Below are positions 11,746 through 24,312 of a stretch of 64,000 nt of DNA, in pieces. Under the pieces are notes generated by a model. It was not told the origin of the DNA, made no database searches, and worked only from the letters and a program-made list of their open reading frames with translations. The DNA is from Octopus sinensis. Lineage: Eukaryota. Every line of letters starts with the position of its first letter. Within the stretch, counting starts at the first letter, position 1. The stretch is taken from contig NC_043008.1 of assembly GCF_006345805.1 (NCBI RefSeq), positions 34,162,001 to 34,226,000 on the forward strand, read 5' to 3'. The position numbers and the translations under genes are program-made.

Positions 11746-11920
11746 TTAAATATATATAGATACACACACACACACACACACACACAAGTAAGCCATAAAT
11801 CTAAAACAATGTGGAAAAAATAGTACTCGAATTTCAAAGGGAGAGTTATAGTATTATTACAACTGTCCGATGAACGGTAAAGTGACAGCTTATGAAGATT
11901 TTTTCAGCTTTAATAAAAAG

Positions 11921-11996
<76 letters not shown>

Positions 11997-12114
11997 CATA
12001 TTATTTGTATGTATACAATCGGTAGCAGTTCATAAATCTGAAAGGAGGCACACTTTAAACATTAGGGCAGTAATACTAAGAGAGTTGTTTGTTATGGTCA
12101 GTCTCTGACTGGTC

Positions 12115-12173
12115 ATAACTGACGAGATGCCGAAGGAGTTTTCCACCTCCTCATCCAAAACTCGCAGTCTTAT
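12115..12173 (+). ncRNA. Degenerate minimal type I hammerhead motif
   Basis: ATAA-CTGACGA-GATG..CATC-cAAAAC-TCGCAG-TC-TTAT; G12 is mutated; partial second copy at about 54323-54372. Confidence 0.45.
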
Positions 12174-12464
12174 TATGGCAACCGAATAATTATCACATAT
12201 CATATTACAGACAAATTCCTCTATTTATACAATATCGAGGTCTCATTCGTTCTTTTGTTGTCTTACCATTACTATTAATACATCAAAGCCATTAATAAAA
12301 ACATTGTTAGACTGTTTATCTCCAGGTCAGCGCTTGTCGTGCAGATCGTATAATGAAATGGATTCTAGCCGAAATCATTCCGTCTTTTATTTCAGAGAAA
12401 CTGTATCTAGAAATACATCCGTCAATGTTAGCTTTTGTAATAACTGATTCCAGTTGTTTGTGTT

Positions 12465-13957
12465 CGTTTGTTTCTTTCGTTCGTTCGTTCGTTCCTTCTT
12501 TCTTTCGTTCGTTCCTTCTTTCTTTCTTTCTTTCTTTCGTTCGTACCTTCCTTCTTTCTTTCGTTCCTTCCTTCCTTCTTTCTTTCGTTCGTTCGTCCTT
12601 CTTTCGTTCGTTCGTTCCTTCTTTCTTTCGTTCGTTCGTTCCTTCCTTCTTTCGTTCGTTCGTTCGTTCCTTCTTTCTTTCGTTCCCTCCTTCCTTCTTT
12701 CTTTCGTACCTTCCTTCTTTCTTTCGTTCGTTCCTTCTTTCTTTCATTCGTTCCTTCTTTCTTTCTTTCTTTCTTTCGTTCGTACCTTCCTTCTTTCTTT
12801 CGTTCCTTCCTTTTTTCTTTCTTTCGTTCCTTCCTTCCTTCTTTCTTTCGTTCGTCCTTCCTTCTTTCGTTCGTTCGTTCCTTCTTTCTTTCGTTCGTTC
12901 GTTCGTTCCTTCTTTCGTTCGTTCGTTCGTTCCTTCTTTCTTTCGTTCCCTCCTTCCTTCTTTCTTTCGTACCTTCCTTCTTTCTTTCGTTCGTTCCTTC
13001 TTTCTTTCGTTCGTTCGTTCCTTCCGTCTTTCTTTCTTTCGTTCGTTCCTTCTTTCTTTCGTGCCTTCCTTCTTTCTTTCGTTCCTTCCTTCTTTCTTTC
13101 GTTCGTTCGTTCCTTCCGGCTTTCTTTCGTTCGTTCGATCCTTCTTTCTTTCGTACCTTCCTTCTTTCTTTCGTTCCTTCCTTCTTTCTTTCGTTCGTTC
13201 GTTCGTTCCTTCTTTCTTTCGTACCTTCCTTCTTTCTTTCGTTCGTTCCTTCTTTCTTTCGTTCGTTCGTTCCTTCTTTCTTTCGTTCGTTCGTTCGTTC
13301 CTTCTTTCGTTCGTTCGTTCCTTCTTTCTTTCATACCTTCCTTCTTTCTTTCGTTCCTTCCTTCTTTCTTTCGTTCGTTCCTTCTTTCTTTCGTTCGTTC
13401 GTTCCTTCTTTCTTTCGTTCGTTCCTTCTTTCTTTCGTTCGTTCGTTCCTTCTTTCTTTCGTTCGTTCGTTCCTACCGTCTTTCTTTCGTTCGTTCGTTC
13501 CTTCTGTTTTTCGTACCTTCCTTCTTTCTTTCGTTCGTTCCTTCTTTCTTTCGTTCGTTCGTTCCTTCTTTCTTTCGTTCGTTCGTTCCTTCTTTCTTTC
13601 GTTCCTTCTTTCTTTCTTTCGTTCGTTCGTTCCTTCTTTCTTTCGTTCGTTCGTTCCTTCTTTCTTTCGTTCCTTCCATCCTTCTTTCGTACCTTGCTTC
13701 TTTCTTTCGTACCTTCCTTCTTTCTTTCGTTCGTTCGTTCCTTCTTTCGTACCTTCCTTCTTTCTTTCGTTCGTTCGTTCGTTCCTTCTTTCATTCGTTC
13801 GTTCCTTCTTTCTTTCGTACCTTCCTTCTTTCTTTCGTCGTTCCTTCTTTCTTTCGTTCGTTCGTTCGTTCCTTCTTTCTTTCCTTCCTTCCTTCTTTCT
13901 CTCCTTCCTTCTTTCTTTCCTTCTTTCTTTCTTTCTTTCTTTCTGTCTTTCTTTCTA
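12465..13957. repeat. 1.5-kb compound (TTTC/TTCG/TTCC)n pyrimidine-strand satellite
   Basis: Directly visible; accounts for the roughly 500-aa stop-free ORFs. Confidence 0.95.
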
Positions 13958-13989
13958 ATTTTAATATTTTAATAGCGGTTTTTGTTGTG

Positions 13990-14387
13990 AAGGCGGTGAG
14001 CTGGCAGAACCGCTAGCACACCGGGCGAAAAGCGTAGCCGTATTTCGTCTGCCGCTACGTTCTGAGTTCAAAATTCCGCCGAGGTCGACTTTGCCTTTCA
14101 TCCTTTCGGGTCGATAAATTAAGTACCAGTTACGCACTGGGGTCGATATAATCGACTTAATCCGTTTGTCTGTCCTTGTTTGTCCTCTTTGTGTTTAGCC
14201 CCTTGTGGGTAGTAAAGAAATAGGTATTTCGTCCATTATTACGTTCTGAGTTCAAATTCCGCTGAGGTCGACTTTGTTTTTCATCCTTTCTGGATCGATA
14301 AAATAAGTACCAGTCGATAACTAGGGTCAATGTACTTGACTAAACCCCTCCCTCGATCTTCCTGGCCATATGCCAAAATTTGAAACC
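13990..14387 (+). mobile_element. Long-tail family A SINE (to 14222) nested in an older family A SINE
   Basis: Junction AAAGAAATA|GGTATTTCGTC resumes the SINE body. Confidence 0.85.
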
Positions 14388-14679
14388 AATAGTGGTTTTC
14401 GTTGTTTAGTCACACCTTTTGTGTAGACCCTGGTCAGGGACGTTCTGACCGTGACCATCCAATCTTTTCAGATGTAATTTATCTCGGATATAATGAATGT
14501 AAGAATAAATTATCCAATGACCTTCCATTTTTAAAGAAGCATATAGAGTATAATTTGAGGGCTAATTGGCAGAGTCGTTAGAAAATTGGATTGAAATGCC
14601 TCGCAGCAGTTTTGCGATAGTCTCCGCTCTGAGATGAAATCTCACTGAAGCCAACTTTGCGTTTTATCATTTCGAAATC

Positions 14680-15092
14680 GATAAAAACATTACAGAAGTT
14701 CAGAGAAGTGGGTTGGCGTAATTGTTAGCGTATCGGATAAGATACCTTTTGGTATCTGTTTCGGTGCTGCGCATTCGGTCCCGTCGCAGAAAAGCGGTGA
14801 CACCTCAGTTAGGAGTTGCGAATGACAAACAGCATGAGCAATTGGAAAAACCAATGAAAACATTATTTCCTTGCTTTGATCGGAAGATTGACGAGCTTCT
14901 TTCCACAATAAAATGTATTTAAGAAGTAGTGTAGCTATGGAACAATGGGAGAGCAAAGGAGAGGTTCACCTCGAGCGGCGCTTTTGGGTCTACTGTATAA
15001 GCTTGTATAAGTTTGTAAGCCCGGTGGGGTGGGGCAGTGTGTCTACAAACTCAAGGGCCGCCCCGGGCAGCACTTACTCTAGCTACGCCATG
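14680..15092 (+). mobile_element. Degenerate hAT remnant
   Basis: KMYLRSS motif and right-end-like GCCCCGGGCAGC..CTAGCTACGCCA; heavily deleted. Confidence 0.4.
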
Positions 15093-15780
15093 CATTTAAG
15101 CCATGACCGTTGTATTCTTTTTAAAGGCATGGTGTATGTAGGACTAATTTATCCAAATTGTTCTTCTTTGGGTAAGGAGTAGCCTAGTCTTCTTATTTAG
15201 GAATGAGATTTGACTGCTATTTCTTGTAGGCCAAAAGACTAAATGAAGATGGCAACTTTCAAATAAACTTCTTCGAAGTTATACATTAACAATTTGTTGA
15301 ATCTTGCGGTACAACTCGCAAAAGCTTCACATAATAAATTATTTCATGTCTACCTCAAATCATTTTCGTTATTTCACAAGACATTCAAAAACAAGGGATT
15401 TATCGATCTGGCTTTTTTGTTTGTTAAACTAGATAACAGTTCAAAAGACCGAAAATAGTTTTAGAATAATTCATAAAACATTTCTGATAAAAGTAGCGAC
15501 GTAAGCGTTCGTACTATGACTCTTAGGTTGTAAATTATAATATATAATTAGATACATGTCCTTACGTCAAACATGACGACAGTTATGTTAATGATTGAAA
15601 ACGGCGTATCCATTCAAAACAATGAAAGAAACCATTGATAAAATTATTTAAGTCTTTGCCCTTGTTATTTATCAGAAAAATATGGCAGCAATTCGTCATT
15701 GTGATACTGCTTTTTACGTAGATCTTCACCTTTCGTAACACATTTTAAAATACAAAGACGTATGATTATATATATATAAA

Positions 15781-16095
15781 GGGTAAAGACGCCCTTCAGT
15801 CATGAATGACCATGGGATGCACCTAGAAAGTCCCTTCCGAAGCACAAGTCTAGGTAAGGTCTTTTTTTTATGGAAGTCTAGCAGTCGCTCTTGCAAACCA
15901 GCCTTTCCTCTCCACGCTACTGATGTTATCCAAGGGAAAACAAGTGACGTCGCAACTCATTTCTTCAGCCGAGTGAACTGGAGCAACATGAAATAAAGTG
16001 TCTTGCTCAAGAACACAATACAAAGGCCGGTCCGGGAAAAGAACTCAATACTTCATGATTGTGAGCTCGACGCTCTAACCAGTGGGCCATGCGCC
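15781..16095 (-). mobile_element. CORE-like SINE family C
   Basis: Homologous to 44031-44372; CORE-like gtgttcttgagcaagacactt on minus strand. Confidence 0.8.
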
Positions 16096-16109
16096 TATAT
16101 ATATATATA

Positions 16110-17840
16110 ACTGCCCACCGAAATGATCTCCAAGTACCTCGACCGTGTCTTTGTTCCCCTAGTGGCTTCCCTCCCCTCATACATTCACAACACCAAGCAT
16201 GCTCTCTGTCTGTTTAACTCTTTCTCCTTCCCTCCTGGCCTCTCTCAACTTCTGTTTACTCTCGTCATTGAATCTTTGTACACGGTGGTCCCGCACAACG
16301 AAGGCCTACTTAAGCTGAAACACTTCCTTGACCTTTGGCCAGACCCTCAGCCTGAGACCTTCACACTTTTTCGTTTGGCCGAACTTGTCCTCCCCCTCAA
16401 CTGCTTCTCGTTCGTGGGCGAGTTTTACCAACAGTTCTCAGGAGTGGCTATGGAAGCGAGAATGGGTGCCAACTATGCGAACCTGTTTACTGACTATGTT
16501 GAGGCCCAGATATTCTCACAGTTCGCTGGTCCCACTCCTGAGCTATAAGGTCGTTAAGTCGATGACTATATCGGCGCAAGCTCACTCTCCCGTGAACATC
16601 CTGACACTTTCCTCTCCTTTGTAGAAACCTTCCTCATCCCTCCTGTCCTCGAATTCTCTTACACTGTCTTTAAATCTTCCGTCGAATTTCTCGATATTTC
16701 TGTCTGCATACACCACTCCGCTCTCACAACCTCCATCCACTACAAACACACAGACTCATACTCCTACCATAATTTCTCCTCCTTCCACCCTACCCACATC
16801 AAGCTCTCCATCCCCTACTTCCATTTCCTCCGTCTACGCTGGCTCTGCAGTGATGACCATGATTTTGAGACCCAGTTTCAACTCATGGCCCGCCACTTCA
16901 CCCTACATGTATATTCCGTCACCATTATCCACACTGCCCTTGCCCGGGGACGATCTGTGAACCATGGTTTTGCTCTTTCCCCTCGCATCCGCCCCACCCT
17001 TACCCGTCTTCCCTTTCCCTTCACCTACCACCCCTCTACTCTACCCCTCTAACGCACCATTCTCCGAGCCTTCCGGTGATCCAAGTCCGACCCTTCCACC
17101 TTACACATCTTCTCTAACTCACCCCTTCCTTTTATCAAAGGAACCCATAACCTCCGTGACCTCCTGGTCCAGTTTCTTCCCTACCCCTGCCTCGCAGCCT
17201 GGCTCCTTCCCCTGCTCTCGCCCACACTGTCGCACCTGCTCCTACCTCTCCGACACCGCTGTCCTCACTGGCACCCACCGCCATCCTTATCACATCACCG
17301 ACTCCTTTGCCTGCACCTCCAGTAATGTTATTTACTGCATCTCCTGCTCTCCCTGTCTTTCCTTTTGCATTGGTCAAATGGGATACTGCTTGGCTGACCG
17401 GTTCGCGGAGCACTTTTGAGACACCAGACCCGGCAATGACACCCCGGTCTCGCGCCACTTCCACTCTACCGGTCATTCGGACTGTCTCTGCACATGGGCC
17501 ACCCGGACTCTCGCCTTCGCCGCGAACAAGCATTGTCTTAAATCTCGCTTAGTTCCTTTGCGCAGTATGGGCTCAACTAGCTATCTCTTTTCATCTGACA
17601 CCACCCCTCACAGATTCCCACACACCTCCCACATTCAACTGCCTCTCCCCTCCACCTACACGCTGCATACCGCCTACCTCGGTACTCTCGCCACACACAT
17701 ACCACCATACACTGTTCAAATCATTACTCACTTCACACACCATTACATACCCACCCACAAACACCTTACCACTCTACATACACCAGTACTCAGCACTTGT
17801 GCACCATCACCTCAATACTCAAGATATCAGCTTTCCTCAG
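16110..17840 (+). mobile_element. Penelope-like element (RT + GIY-YIG), pseudogenised; Neptune-like
   Basis: CPTEMISKYLD...GVAMEARMGANYANLF...(Y)IDDY RT motifs; CSRPHCRTC linker; CTSSNVIYCISC...IGQ...LADRFAEH nuclease. Confidence 0.9.
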
Positions 17841-17879
17841 GACCTGTGTGTCTGGAGTTTTTAAGGTCCAGCTAACATT

Positions 17880-18060
17880 AAGAATGTTTCAGGAGACCGG
17901 ATGGAATCAGCTGCTCTTTGCAGCCTAAAAGATATTTCCTCATCCAGGGAGCAAGAACGGCTGAGTGCGCTGCCCAGGTAGACAAACTTGTCTACCACTT
18001 TCAGTATTGCTCTTTCAACCAAGATAACTGGTTCCTCGTATGGATTTCTTGGTGCAGGAA
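17880..18060 (-). mobile_element. RTE-clade RT fragment
   Basis: LKVVDKFVYLGSALSRSCSLDEEISFRLQRA; 5' end abuts (ATGT)n. Confidence 0.75.
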
Positions 18061-18591
18061 TACATACATACATACATACATACATACATACATACATACA
18101 TGCATTCGCCTGGGGCTAAATGCAACAGTGACACCACCCTGCCCTGTCCCTAGCCATATTCAGTTGGCTAATGTCCCTTATATTATGGAGCAGTCACTGT
18201 CTATATCTCATTTAGAGAATTATTATTGCTGTCGAACAGATTTTCGAAATCAGTAAATGTATTTACTTGAAAATCTTTATATATATCTTGCACGGTGAGT
18301 CGTTCGTCGGAAGCGGTGCCTACCACACGTTGATAATGGAATACACCTTGAAACCTAGTGTCCGTGTGTGGCATCCGCTTCTTGGGGAATGATCTCCCTT
18401 TGCAAGATAGAGGACGCCGTGATGGCATCGGCCTATCTGGTGACGTTGATGTTCGCCTGGGGCTAAATAATGCACAGTGACACCCCCACCACCCTGCCCT
18501 GTCCCTAGCCTATTCAGTTGGCTAATGTCCCTTATAATATTAAATTGTTTTCTATCTAAAATAATTTCTATTCTGAAGTGTGTGTGTGTAT

Positions 18592-18632
<41 letters not shown>

Positions 18633-18856
18633 GCTGAGTGCACACGCACGCGTGTGTTTTATTTTGATAAATACCTGCTACTGCAGCCAATGAAAAACCT
18701 CTCGCTACAGCTCTTTGTAATTAGAATTCTTTCATTTTCCCTCTCCTACATTTATTATCTGCCACTTCCTCTTTTTACATTCATTGCATCAGTGTCCCCT
18801 TGTTGGTGAGAGTGTGAATAAAAACACATTGTAAATTATCTCTAGCGGTCGAGCGT

Positions 18857-18903
18857 CTATCATTGACAAGACCAAGGAAGGTCGAAATCACGTAATCTGG
18901 TGG
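18857..18903 (+). ncRNA. Type I hammerhead ribozyme candidate, U3-A8 core variant
   Basis: CTATCA-TTGACAA-GACC(aaggaa)GGTC-GAAA-TCACGTAA-TC-TGGTGG. Confidence 0.6.
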
Positions 18904-19734
18904 TCTCGGCGCTGGAGATTGCGGAGATTTATCTCCTCGCTAGCGATATAAACAAGAGAGCATTCAGCATCAAAAGCCAATATGAGAGTTTCTTTCATGG
19001 TATTTACCGCAGTGTAGTTTGTTCTGAAAGAGGGAATAAATATTACCGCTCGGTATTAATACAGCTTCTGTAACTCGTATATGTAATTATAAACAATGAG
19101 CGTCTAGAATTGTTATTAGTGTAATTTTAACTTTTACCAATGATAAGTCCAAATTCTATACTACGCACCTTTTGGTCAGAATCCTTTATATTGCATCGAA
19201 GTATAGCGTATATCAATACTCGCAGAGCTTGTAAGAACTAATTAGTGTGGCAAGTCTTTTTAATGGTTTAGTTAGAGGAGCAAACGTAGCGCCTATAACC
19301 GTTTTAAGAAGTTGGTAGGAAGGGAAGGCGTTATCCAAAGACTGTAAACGTGGTCAGAATATTTGGAGCAAATGGATTCCCAAGGAACAGGCGCTGGTGT
19401 TGAACCGGGCAAAAGATTAAGACCTTCCATCTAAGAATGGGAACACGTTTTTCCATAGGTTTCTACATATTTTCTGTTCACCGAATTTCACTCGCAAAAC
19501 ATTTGTGGAGCCGACGCTAAAGTAGAAGACACTTGACCAAGATGCCACGCAGTAGGATCTAACCTGAAACGGTTTAATCGCCAAGCAAATTCCTTAACCA
19601 TATTGTTGTAAAAGTATCAATGGGGTTGTGCCTTTCCTAAAAAATGCAAAACTCTTGAGATAAACTTTTGAAAAACAAGGAATACTGAACGGTAAAAATG
19701 TTAGATAAGAAACGTAATATATAACATATCTTAT

Positions 19735-20045
19735 TGCTGGCACTCCGTCGGTTACAACGACGAGGGTTCAAGTTGATTCGATCAATAGAACAGCCTGCTC
19801 GTGAAATTAACGGGCAAGTGGCTGAGCACTCCATAGATTCGCGCACCCCTAACATAGTTCTCAAAGAGGTTCAGTGTGGCACAGAATGCGACAAGGTCGG
19901 TCCTTTGAATTACAGGTATCACTAATTTTTGCCAGCTGAGTGAACTAGAGCGGAGGGGAATAAAGTGTCTTGCTCAAAGGCACAACAATCTGCCGGGAAT
20001 CCAGCTCACACCCTTACGATCGTGGCTGAGAAGGTTACCACACAA
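19735..20045 (-). mobile_element. CORE-like SINE family C (other tail subtype)
   Basis: Homologous to 39182-39500. Confidence 0.8.
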
Positions 20046-20146
20046 CTACATCGTTTCGAGTTCATTCCCATTGTGTGTTACCTTGGGCGAATGTCTTCTC
20101 CCAGAACCTCGGATTGACCAACGACTTGTGAATGAAATGTGGCTGA

Positions 20147-20274
20147 CTAAAAGTGTGTGGAAGCCCATCGAAGAAGATACGATCCGCAGTTCGATTTAAT
20201 ACTACAACCATCAGATTCCTGGTTGCCATGAGCGACATCCAGTCTGTCGTAAGGATTGGGGCCAAGTTTTCGAT
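20147..20274 (-). CDS. Candidate host exon (phase 1): DRKLGPNPYDRLDVAHGNQESDG...
   Basis: Acceptor gttactttcag|AT is identical to the one at 28854; open frame with a YDxL motif; no homology recognised. Confidence 0.25.
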
Positions 20275-21009
20275 CTGAAAGTAACTTTCTCCCACTAATT
20301 TTTGGGTCCGTAAATAAAAAGCAAAAAAGTGAAAAAGGTTATAGATGCCGTTCATCCTTCTCTAAGTAAAAAAAAAAAACAGCGAACAAAACCGAAATCC
20401 CCGAAATAGTAAAATAATAAAAATAAGCAATAATAAAATATAAATAAAATATAAATAGCAATAAGGTTGACTTTACAGTTAATTATTCCGGATTAATTAA
20501 AATAAAGGACTCGTAAAATATTGGGGTCAATTAAGCCGACTACACTATGCCCCCTCACCACCAACCCCACTCCTAGTTTTATGCCTATGCCAGAAATTAT
20601 TATTAAAGTATTGAATGTGGTGGATCTGTAGAATCATTAATGTATAATACTTGGAAAAAAGACTCTTGCAGCTCTGAATTCAAAGTTCCGCCATGGTCCC
20701 TTTGGTTTCAACTTTAATTCCTTTGGTTTTAACTTTGAATAAAATAAAGTAGCAATCAAGTACTAAACTGAATTAGTCGACTAGCCACCACCCAAGTTGG
20801 GCCTATGGCATAAATATTTTTTTTCTTTTCTATCTTTTAATCATGAGGGAAAATAGTGCCTATAACTTTTACTGAACCTTCTAGACTTGTGGAATGAATA
20901 AATGAATGAATGAATGAAGGAAGGAAGGAAGGAAGGTATCCTCAAACCGTACAACCGCCTGAATACTTGCAACATATTGGACTCAACTTAAGACACTCGA
21001 GGTGCTAGG

Positions 21010-21570
21010 TAGGGCCGGTTTTAAGCCAATTAAACAGACTTCTTTAACTTGGGCCCCGCGCACATACTCGAACGGAAGATGCTATGATGAATTATACATT
21101 TCCTAATAGTTTTATTGCTTTGAGAATTTACTTAACAGTGCCCATAACAGTCGTATCATGTGAAAGAAGTTTTTTTTTTTAACTGATTAAAACATACCTA
21201 CGGTCAACAACTTCACAAGTGAGACTAAATAATTTGGCAATGTTATCCATAGAAGACGACATTACAAAATCCATTGACTTTGAAATGATTCGGAAAAATT
21301 TCTCGGATAAATAAGCCAGATGAGTCTGTTTTTAGACTCTTTTATTCACAAACTGTATGTCAGTAATTATCTAATATAATTAAACATTAAAATTTTCACA
21401 TGCGTTTTCAATTTTTAGTATATCATTGTGGCTAATGGCAGAGGCTCAAGCTCTCAGCGCTTTTTCGCTGGGACTGGCGTACTACACGAAAGATAAAATA
21501 TCAATCTTCAGCATTTGTTGAGCAGTAGCCCCCACTGATAATTCTCTAACTGGGCTCCTCCAGCCCCGGT
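21010..21570 (+). mobile_element. hAT deletion derivative
   Basis: YLRSTTSQVRLNNLAMLSIE (hAT dimerisation C-terminus); left end TAGGGCCGG. Confidence 0.6.
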
Positions 21571-21892
21571 ATGAAATAGTGGTCCTATACAGTAAAAAGG
21601 ATCGAGTCTACTACCCAATCAAAGGCAGTGGACTGCAAGTATCAAGAGCGTCGGACAAAATGCCTAGAGTTATTTAATTACACTCCTTTACATTTTGAGT
21701 TCAAGTCCCTCAGTCACCACCGTTTATCATTCTAGGGCTGTTAACGTCAATGCGATAATCGGTTATACCGTTATTCTAAAATATGCATCCTTGAGTTTAT
21801 CTTTTATCTCTTGCTTGTTTCAGTCGTCAGACTGCGGCCATACTGGGGCACCGTCTTGAATAATTTTTAGTCGAATGAATCAACTGTATATA

Positions 21893-22320
21893 TGAGTGGC
21901 TGTGTGGTAAGTAGCTTGCTTACCAACCACATGGTTCTGGGTTCAGTCCCACTGCATGGCACCTTGGGCAAGTGTCTTCTACTATAGCCTCGGGCCGACC
22001 AAAGCCTTGTGAGTGGATTTGGTAGACGGAAACTGAAAGAAGCCCGTCGTATATATATATATATATATAATATATATATACATATATATATATATGTACG
22101 TGTGTGTATATGTTTGTGTCTGTGTTTGTCCCCCCAACATTGCTTGACAACCGATACTGGTGTGTTTATGTCCCCGTAACTTAGCGGTTCGGCAAAAAGA
22201 GCCCGATAGAAAAAGTACTAGGCTTACAAAGAATAAGTCTTGGGGTCGATTTGTTCGACTAAAGGGGGTGCTCCAGCATGGCCACAGTCAAATGACTGAA
22301 ACAAGTAAGAAGTAAAAAGT
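21893..22320 (+). mobile_element. SINE family B with internal microsatellite
   Basis: Head, (TA)n, and tail as in 58289-58695. Confidence 0.85.
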
Positions 22321-22329
22321 GTATATATA

Positions 22330-22520
22330 TATACACACAGGTGTGGTGAATAAAAGTGATGAGTAAAGGCAAAATGGCAACAGACACTTGCTTGCCACTA
22401 CCTGCGCTCCTATACGTAAGTGAAATATGGTCTATAACAAAGAAGGAAGAACGAAAAGTCACAACACAGAGAACCATTGAAAGATCCACACGAGAGACAG
22501 GGCGCGGACGATGGAATGTC
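22330..22520 (+). mobile_element. RTE-clade fragment
   Basis: LPALLYVSEIWSITKKEERKVTTQRTIER. Confidence 0.55.
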
Positions 22521-23004
22521 TATATTTGCCGCATTTGCTTATTTGCATCTTTTTGGTGCAAACTTTTTGTATCTTATGTTCTCATCGTTTCAATGTCTTC
22601 TTCAATTGTGATCTTGGTTCTTGTCAGGTTTTTCTGTTGTTTCCGTCAAGTCTGAGTGGAGTTTTCAGTTTGCTTTTTATCTCCAATTCAACATGGGGCG
22701 TCCAAAAAATATGGGCATTATTTTGCTTGAATTCGCACGCTTCGTTAATTTCCGTAAAAATTTCTTATTTATTTTCTTTTTGCAAGACATGTTCAGCTCT
22801 ATTTATTTGTAGTAAGTCACACGTGTGTTTTCGTATGGACGTTAGTATACATTTATGTACGTGTGTATGTGAATGAGTGAAGGGATGTGTTGTCATGTAT
22901 ACATACATACATAAATACATATGCATACATCTTTTTTGTATGCATGTGTGTGAGAGAGAGAAAGTGATGTCTAAGTAGCACTCTCTCTCTCTCTCTCTCT
23001 TTCT

Positions 23005-23041
<37 letters not shown>

Positions 23042-23209
23042 ACAAGAAAGATGTATGCCTATTTATTTATTTATGTGTGTGCGTATACATGACAATACAC
23101 CCTTCACTTATTCTCTCTCTCCCTCTTACACACGCACACACATCCATTTCATCTGATGTTTGATTCTGTATGTGGATATCTGTGTGTGTGCGCGCATGCG
23201 TGCGGCGTT

Positions 23210-24017
23210 CCACAATTGCCAGAAAAAAGCAGAGGAATTTTCTTTCTTGATGCTCTTGGTGACACAGGTAAAACATTTGTAACATTGCTTCTCTCCAAGG
23301 TAAGGCAACAAAAAAGAGTTACAGTTGCTGTACCATTGTCTGGCTTTGCTGCCACCATTCTTCCAGGAGGACAAACAGCTCATTCTGCTTTTAAATTACC
23401 ACTAAAACTGGTCACAAATGACAGTCCAATTTGTAACATAAGCAAAGATTCAGGTTCAGCAGAAGAGTTGTGCCAATGCCACCTTATCGTTTGGGATGAA
23501 TGCACCATGTCACATAGAGGCACAATGGAAGCTCTTGGTAAGACCTTACAGGACATCAGAGGCAACAATAGGAGGAGTTACATTAGATTTATCAGGAGAC
23601 ATCAGACAGATATTACCAGTCATTCCGAGAGGAACAAGATCTGATGAAATAAAAGTATGCATTAAGTCGTCACACCTATGGAATAAAGTACCGAAATTCT
23701 TCTTCAATACTAACGTGCAAGTTTTATTACATTGGGACCAATGTGCAAAGCAGTTTTCAACCTGGCTCCTCCAATTAGGAAATGGGAAAGTACCACTTGA
23801 TGGGAATGATGATATCAGTTTGGCTCATATTGCTAACATGGTGAATTCCCCAGCTCATTTGAAGAACAGGGCATTGCCAGACTTAAGCAATAATTATAAT
23901 TCACATAATGGTTGTGTGAAAAGGAAATTCTTACTTCCAAAAATGACACAATAGCCAGAATTAACCATGAATTAACAAATAAGATCCCAACAGTCATTAA
24001 GGAGTACAAATCAGCTA

Positions 24018-24018
<1 letters not shown>
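23210..24018 (+). pseudogene. Helitron RepHel PIF1-type helicase fragment, frameshifted
   Basis: FFLDALGDTGKTF, GGQTAHSAFKLPL, LIVWDECTM, SGDIRQILPVIPRG, WLLQLGNGK. Confidence 0.92.
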
Positions 24019-24064
<46 letters not shown>

Positions 24065-24247
24065 TTCAGTAAAAATTTAGATACAGTTGAATATGGTACT
24101 TAAGTTAAAGGCACCAGAACTTAGTATGGTGTTATCCATATAATTCAAAATGGGTGATTATAATCAAAATAAGCAGCAAGGATATATAATCAAAATAATA
24201 ATTATAATCGAAATAAGCAACAAGGATATCGTTGTTGCTTATTTTTA

Positions 24248-24278
<31 letters not shown>

Positions 24279-24280
24279 CA

Positions 24281-24312
<32 letters not shown>

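Noticed and set aside
12316-14016. Four ~500-aa ORFs (ERKKE / SFVRSF repeats)
   Set aside because: Translations of a stop-free TTTC/TTCG satellite in several frames at once; no evidence of coding.
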